From positions 544,001 to 608,000 of the forward strand of contig CAVYSY010000026.1 of NCBI GenBank assembly GCA_963771175.1: a stretch of DNA of 64,000 nucleotides, in the 5' to 3' direction. This document shows positions 58,166-64,000 of this stretch, in pieces. The stretch's first letter is position 1. Each line of letters starts with the position of its first letter. The stretch is from an uncultured delta proteobacterium. Lineage in GTDB: Bacteria; Myxococcota; Myxococcia; Myxococcales; Myxococcaceae. Both the position numbers and the translations under genes were made by a program. Below the pieces are notes generated by a model. That model ran no database searches, was not told where the DNA came from, and worked only from the letters and a program-made list of their open reading frames with translations.

Positions 58166-61100
58166 CTAGAAGCTCAGCTTCACGCCGAAGCGGATGGAGC
58201 GCGGCGCCTGGTAGGCGATCGGCTTCTTGAAGTTGGGGTTGAGGTCGGACTCGGAGATGGTGATGGGGCTCTCCAGCGAGCTGCTGGCGAGATAGACCCG
58301 GCAGTCGCGCCCGGGCCGTCCCCCGCGCTGCAGCTCTCCACGTCCGCGCGCTTGCCATCCTGCTCGATGGGCGTGGACCTGGGCGAAGGTGAAGGTCTGG
58401 TCCACGTCCGTCACCTGCTGGAAGTTGAAGACGTTGAAGACGTCCAGGGTGAGGCTGAGCGTGTAGTTGCCGGACAGCCGCCGGTTGAGGCCCAGGTGCC
58501 CGTCGACGTTGTGGACCCAGGGCAGCCGGCCCGCGCTGCCGCGCGGCAGGATGAACGTCTCCGAGCCGCTGCGCCGCGGGTGGTAGCCCAGGTAGTTCAG
58601 CGGCGAGCCCGAGCGCGCCCGGTAGCCGCCGCCCAGGTTGAGGCTCATGTCCTTGCCGAGCTGGAACTCCCTGGCGCCGAAGGCCTTGAAGGCGTGCGTG
58701 CGGTCACCGGGCAGCGGCCCGTCGCGGTTGACGGTGAGCGACAGCAGGTCGAAGTCGCGCGTGAGGTTGGGCGAGAGCTGGCCGGTGTCCGCGCGGAACA
58801 GGCCCGAGTAGTTGCCGCGCAGCGAGGACCACGTGTAGCTGACCTGGGCCAGCCACTGATTGGAGAAGGCCTTGGTGTAGTAGACGTTCACCGCGTCGTA
58901 GTCGCGGCGCGCCACGGGGAAGTCCGTGGAGTAGCCCTTGCCCGGGTTGCCCAGGAAGAAGGTGGTGCCGTCGTCGCGGCTCATGTCCTCGATGACGTCG
59001 TTGAGGTAGCGCTTGGTGTACGTCAGGCCCACGCGCCCGAGCAGCACCTCGTACTCGCCGCCCACGACGAACTCGTCGCTGGACTGGGCGCGGATGTTCG
59101 GGTCCACCGGCACGCGGTCACCGCCCTCGGAGGCCCACTTCTGGTTGGGGCTGTCGGCGCTGCCCCGGGTCTGCCGGTTGGCGTCCAGGGTGCAGTCCCC
59201 GCCTGAGGCGAGGTCGGCCATGTCCGAGGGATTGCACTGGGCGTTGTAGGTGGCCGACAGGAGCTGCTGCTGCGGGAACGACAGGTCCGCCATGTCGAGC
59301 GGGATGTTCTCGTAGAAGCGCGCGTAGTTGGCGAAGAGCTTCGAGCGGCCCTGCTGGGTGAAGTCGTAGATGACGCCGATGCGGGGCGACCACTGGTGGG
59401 GCAGGTGCAGGCCCATCTTGCCGTCGAGGCCCCAGATGGTCTGCGCGTCGTAGCGCACGCCCGCGTTGACCGTCACCTTGTCGAGGATGGACCAGCTGTC
59501 CTGGACGAAGCCGCCGACCGTCAGCGAGGTGGACGTGCCCTCCTTGCTGGCCAGGAACACGGGCTGGTCCGGCGCCTCGAGGTAGCCGTACTGGTTCCGG
59601 CTCTCGAAGCGTCGTGCCGTCCGTGCACTCGCGCCAGGGGGCCAGACCGGTGCGCGCGCGGTTGTTGTAGAAGCTGGCGCCCTCGGCGTCGACGCCGGCC
59701 TTGACGACGTGGTGGCCGAGCGCCTCGACCAGGTACGTGCCCAGCACCTTGCCCTGGTAGCGGTCCAGCTCCGAGATGCTGATGGTGCCGGGTCCGCCCG
59801 TCGTGTACGAGGTGACGGGGCACCGGGTGGCGGTCATCCCCGCGGGCAGCCCCTCGGGAGAGTCACAGACGGAGGGGTCCTCGAGCTGCTCGTACTCGGT
59901 GATGCTGTGCCAGTCGCGATCCGTCGCTGCCGTTGCTCACCCGCCGCGAGCGCCGCCACGTGACGTTGGGCGTCGCGGAGAGCCCCGAGCCACTGGAGAG
60001 CCCCGAGCCATCCGACGGGAGGATGGAGGCGTTCTGGTGGTGCCAGCCCACCGTCGCGTCGAGCAGCAGCGACTTGTTGAAGAAGGAGGAGGACTGCTTG
60101 GCCACGACGTCCAGCGCGCCGCCCGTGCGGCGGGTGGCGATGGCGTCATAGGCGCCCTGGACGTACGCGGTGCAGGACAGGCCGCTGCACACCTCGGGAG
60201 CGCCATCGCGGCTGAAGGCAGTACCGGTCCGCGCCGCCCGACCAGTTGGGCGTGCCGTACACCGTCATCGACAGGTTGTGGTCCGGGTTGAAGAGGTAGG
60301 TGAGCTTGCCGATGTACTGGACGGTCCGCTCGTCCGCGAAGCGCGTCTCCTGGGTGCCCGCGATGGGCGTGGCGATCTGGAAACCCGTGGCCGGGTCCAT
60401 CGCGTGGCACGCCCACCGTCCGCGCAGCCGTTGGCCTCGTCCTTCTCCGTGCAGATGTCCAGGGCGCTGAGCTGCCGCGCCACCTGGATGCGGTTGAACG
60501 ACGGGCGCCACGCCCGCGTAGAACCAGAGCCTGTCCTTGACGATGGGGCCACCCAGCTCGAAGCCGAAGTCCCCCTGGTTCCACGGCGTGCCCTTGGCGG
60601 AGATGACGCTGCCCGCCTGCTGGATTTCAGGGGCCGCCGTCTGGAGGAAGCCCGGGGCCACGTTGCCGAAGACGGAGCCGTGGAACTCGTTGGAGCCGGA
60701 CTTGGTCACCACGTTCATCACGCCACCCGTGGAGCGGCCGTACTCGGGCATGTAGCCACCGGTGATGATGTTGACCTCCTTGACGAACTCCACCGAGAGC
60801 GGCGTGCCGATGGTGCCCACGGCCGGGTCGTTCACCGACAGGCCATCCACCACGAACTGGTTCTCGGGCGAGGTGCCACCGTTGATGCTCACGCCGTAGG
60901 TGTCCTCCTGCGCGCCGGGGGCCATCTCGGCCAGGGACTCGAAGGAGCGCGACGCCGAGCCCTTCGAGCCCGGGCGGCTCACCGCGAGGTTCTTCAGCAT
61001 GTTGGCGTCCACGCTCATGCCCGAGGAGCTCGAGCCCACGTCGACGGAGGGCGGAGTGGCCATGACGACCATCTCCTCGCTCAGACTCTCCGGCAGCAGC

Positions 61101-61426
61101 TCCACGTTGACGCGGATGGTGCGATCGATGCGGAGCTGGATGTCCCCACGCGCGTAGGGATGGAAGCCCTCGGCCTCCACCCGGAGGGTGTAGACACCCG
61201 ACGGAAGCTGGGGAATGCGGTACTGGCCGCTGCCGTCGGAGACCACCGTCTGCTCGCCCTGGAGGCTCGGAGACGTGGCCGTCACCACCGCGTCCGGCAG
61301 TGGCTTCTTGTCGGCCGAGTTGATGATGGTACCGGTGATGACCGCCGTGCCTTGGGCCCATGCGCTGGTCCCGAGCAGCAACAGCAGGACACACCACGCG
61401 CGCGCGCGTTGAACGTGCGATGACAA
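58166..61426 (-). CDS. Oar-like TonB-dependent outer-membrane receptor; multiple frameshifts
   Basis: AGGAGG RBS plus TTG start; carboxypeptidase-regulatory-like N-terminal domain, ENQFVVDG, GGYMPEYGRSTGG, TKSGSNEFHG, C-terminal QAPRSIRFGVKLSF. Confidence 0.88.
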
Positions 61427-61488
61427 GGTGCTGACCCCTCCTGAAAAGTGGGTCACACGTTAGTCACATTTTCGTTGAAATTGGGAAC

Positions 61489-62781
61489 TCAACGCTCGTA
61501 GCGAATGATTCGCTCCACCCGGTAGGACCCCGCGGGCGCCACCGGCCGCAGCAGCATCAGCTCCGCGGGCAGGCCCGGCCGCAGCGAGAGCCCGCTCCGG
61601 GGCGGCAGGGGCAGCGTGTCCCCCTCCTTCACCCCCTCGGGAGGGAGGGGCACGACGGTGAGCCCGGTGCCGTCCACCTCCTCCACGGCCCCGAGGACGC
61701 GCAGGTCTCCCAGCTCCTCGAGGGAGCCCGTGAGCACGACGGTCGGCGGAGCGCCCTTCTGGTCGCGCAAGGCCAGGGCCGCGGCCACGCCAACGTCCGC
61801 GAGGAAGGCGTCTCCCGCATCTCCGTGGACGTGGGCGCCCCGGATGATGAGGTGCAGCAGACCCTTGCTGTCATTGAAGGGAATGGACTCGTAGCGGGCC
61901 AGGTCCGCGTGCTCCACCGCCCCGCTCGCGAGCGCATCCAGGGCGGACACCAGGGCCACGAAGTTGAGCCGGAGCAGCGGCTCGTCGGGCTCGGGCGAGG
62001 GCCACGGGCCGGTCTCGATGAGCACGGTGGGGGTGCCCCAGCGCCCCAGGTTGTCGCCGAAGGCGCGGACCTCGAAGGAGTCGTCGTAGCGGCCGATCTG
62101 CCCGGGGGCGAGCGGCTCGAGGGCGTCCCGGATGACGGCGCATACCTTCTTGGCGAGCACCCGCCCCGGGTTGTCGCTCCGGGTCGGGTCGAAGGGCGGA
62201 GCGAGGAGCGAGATGGAGGCGGGCTTCCCCGTGCCCCCCACCGCCGTGCGCCAGCTCTGGTTGTGGAGGTTGAAGCCGAGCGAGGGCTGGAGCCGGTCCC
62301 GCACCGCCTTGAGCGTGCGCCCCTCGGGGGTCTGGAGCGCCAGGGCATCGCGGTTGATGTCGATGCCCTGCGCGTTGCGTCGTTGGAAGCGCTCGACGCC
62401 GTCGGGGTTGAGCATCGGCAGGGCGTGCAGGGTGAGCGCGGAGAGCAGCCGGGCCACCCGGGGGTGCTCGCGGTGGCGGCGGACGTACTCGAAGAGGTCG
62501 AACAGCGCCATGGTGGCGGTGGGCTCGTCCCCGTGCATCTGGGACCAGAGGAGGACGTGCCGGGGGCCATTGCCGAAGTGGATGAGGTTGAGAGAGCGCC
62601 CCTCCACCGAGCGTCCCACCTCTTCCACCTGGAACAGGTCCGGCGCCGACTCGCGGAGGAGCTGAAGTCGGGCCATCACGTGGGGATGGCGGACGAGGGC
62701 GGGGGGCGGCAGTCCCTGTGGGTGGACTTCGGCCCAGAGGTCGAAGAGCTCGCGCGGGGTGGCGGGGGCGGTCACGTGCAT
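61489..62781 (-). CDS. M14 family zinc carboxypeptidase
   Basis: GRSVEGR, QMHGDE, NPDG, RRNAQGIDINRD, NLH, LIETG. Confidence 0.88.
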   Translation of the reverse strand: MHVTAPATPRELFDLWAEVHPQGLPPPALVRHPHVMARLQLLRESAPDLFQVEEVGRSVEGRSLNLIHFGNGPRHVLLWSQMHGDEPTATMALFDLFEYVRRHREHPRVARLLSALTLHALPMLNPDGVERFQRRNAQGIDINRDALALQTPEGRTLKAVRDRLQPSLGFNLHNQSWRTAVGGTGKPASISLLAPPFDPTRSDNPGRVLAKKVCAVIRDALEPLAPGQIGRYDDSFEVRAFGDNLGRWGTPTVLIETGPWPSPEPDEPLLRLNFVALVSALDALASGAVEHADLARYESIPFNDSKGLLHLIIRGAHVHGDAGDAFLADVGVAAALALRDQKGAPPTVVLTGSLEELGDLRVLGAVEEVDGTGLTVVPLPPEGVKEGDTLPLPPRSGLSLRPGLPAELMLLRPVAPAGSYRVERIIRYER

Positions 62782-62840
62782 TCTCTCTTTCCGGTGGGTG
62801 GGTGCCCCGGGTGGCCTGGAGGGATTATGACGCGAGTCCC

Positions 62841-64000
62841 ATGCTGCCTGAATCCATCCGCAACGCGATCGACGTCGCGAGCAACTTCGTCTGGGGCCCG
62901 TGGACCATGGCCCTGCTGTTGGGAACTGGAGTGTTCCTGACGCTCCGGTTCCGGTTCGTCCAGGTGACGCGCTTCGGGGATGGGCTGCGGGCGATGATGC
63001 CGGCCCAGGCGAGCGGAGCCGGGGCCCTGAGCCCCTTCCAGGCGTTCATGACGGCGCTGGGTGCCTCCATCGGCACCGGCAACATCGCGGGCGTGGCCAC
63101 GGCCATCGTGAGCGGTGGACCGGGAGCGCTGTTCTGGATCTGGGTGTATGGCTTCTTCGCCACGACCCTCAAGTTCTCCGAGGCCGTGCTGGGCATCCAG
63201 TACCGCATCGCGGAGGGGGACCGGGTCTCCGCGGGTCCGATGCACTACCTGAAGAAGGGGCTCGGCTCTCCGAAGCTCGCCTGGAGCTATGCGCTCATCG
63301 CCGGCGTGGCCGCCCTCACGACGACGCCCTTCACCCAGCCCAACTCCATGGCCGTGGTGCTGCAGAGCCAGTTCTCGATTCCGCCCTGGGTCTCGGGGGT
63401 GGTCATCGCCGTGCTCACGTGGCTGGTGGTCATCGGGGGCGTGAAGAGCATCGGCCGCGTGGCCGAGCGCCTCGCGCCCCTGAAGGTGGGGCTCTACCTG
63501 GTCGGAGGGCTCATCGTCATCCTGACCCATGCCGCGCAGTTGCCGGCGGTGCTCGCGCTCGTCGTGCGCGAGGCGTTCTCCTTCGAGGCGGCCGGGGGTG
63601 GCGCCGCCGGAGTGGGGATGATGGTCGCCATGCGCTACGGGATTGCCCGCGGCATCTACGCCAACGAGGCGGGCTACGGCACGGCGGCGGTGGCGTACGG
63701 CACGGCGCGCACGGAGGCGCCGGTGCAGCAGGGGCTCCAGGCGGTGATGGAGGTGTTCATCGTCTCGTGCGTGACCTCGACCATCAGCGCGCTGGTCATC
63801 CTCACCAGTGGCGTGTGGAAGTCCGGGCTCACCAGCACGGCGGTGGTGGCCGAGGCCTTCAACACGGCCATCCCCACGGTGGGCGGGTGGGTCGTGGCCT
63901 TCTGCGCCTTCCTCTTCGGCTACACGACGCTGATCGGCTGGGCGTACTACGGCGAGCAGTTCCTCGAGTACGCCATCGGCCTGCGCGTCACCCGCCCCTA
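62841..64000 (+). CDS. Alanine/glycine:cation symporter (AGCS); runs off the window
   Basis: Read from sequence: SPFQAFMTALGASIGTGNIAGVATAI..GGPGALFWIW, GIYANEAG, GWAYYGE. Confidence 0.9.
   Translation, partial: MLPESIRNAIDVASNFVWGPWTMALLLGTGVFLTLRFRFVQVTRFGDGLRAMMPAQASGAGALSPFQAFMTALGASIGTGNIAGVATAIVSGGPGALFWIWVYGFFATTLKFSEAVLGIQYRIAEGDRVSAGPMHYLKKGLGSPKLAWSYALIAGVAALTTTPFTQPNSMAVVLQSQFSIPPWVSGVVIAVLTWLVVIGGVKSIGRVAERLAPLKVGLYLVGGLIVILTHAAQLPAVLALVVREAFSFEAAGGGAAGVGMMVAMRYGIARGIYANEAGYGTAAVAYGTARTEAPVQQGLQAVMEVFIVSCVTSTISALVILTSGVWKSGLTSTAVVAEAFNTAIPTVGGWVVAFCAFLFGYTTLIGWAYYGEQFLEYAIGLRVTRP

Overview
GC-rich chromosomal segment, almost certainly from a myxobacterium (Archangium/Cystobacter/Myxococcus-like). 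The evidence is a MYXO-CTERM-like tail, four Hanks-type kinase or kinase-like genes, an FHA-sigma54 activator and an Oar/MlpA-like pair. About 50 genes; I saw no rRNA, tRNA, CRISPR array, integrase or transposase. 0-12.8 kb is a decaying accessory region: PQQ sugar dehydrogenase, SulP-arylsulfatase-SulP'-BASS-MscS cluster, gene scraps, ricin/TSP3 protein. 12.9-17.7 kb holds metabolic genes, including thiM-thiE. 17.8-30 kb is a phospho-signalling cluster: three Ser/Thr kinases, FHA-sigma54 activator, PP2C, a giant helical-repeat protein and an ODP-type di-iron protein, with two near-identical sigma54 promoter candidates. 30-44 kb has a lipase-like gene plus partner, several pseudo-enzymes, rsmB and fmt. 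44-64 kb has a TerB/LETM1-like protein, an HSP90-like pair, two histidine kinases, tex, an Oar/MlpA-like pair, an M14 peptidase and an AGCS symporter. Many single-base frameshifts (including fmt and tex) look like sequencing errors, so some boundaries are reconstructed. The best candidate for an undescribed system is a sigma54-driven ODP (O2/Fe sensor) plus soluble Ser/Thr kinase operon, next to a kinase/FHA-activator/PP2C feedback module. All functional calls come from reading motifs by eye; no searches were run.
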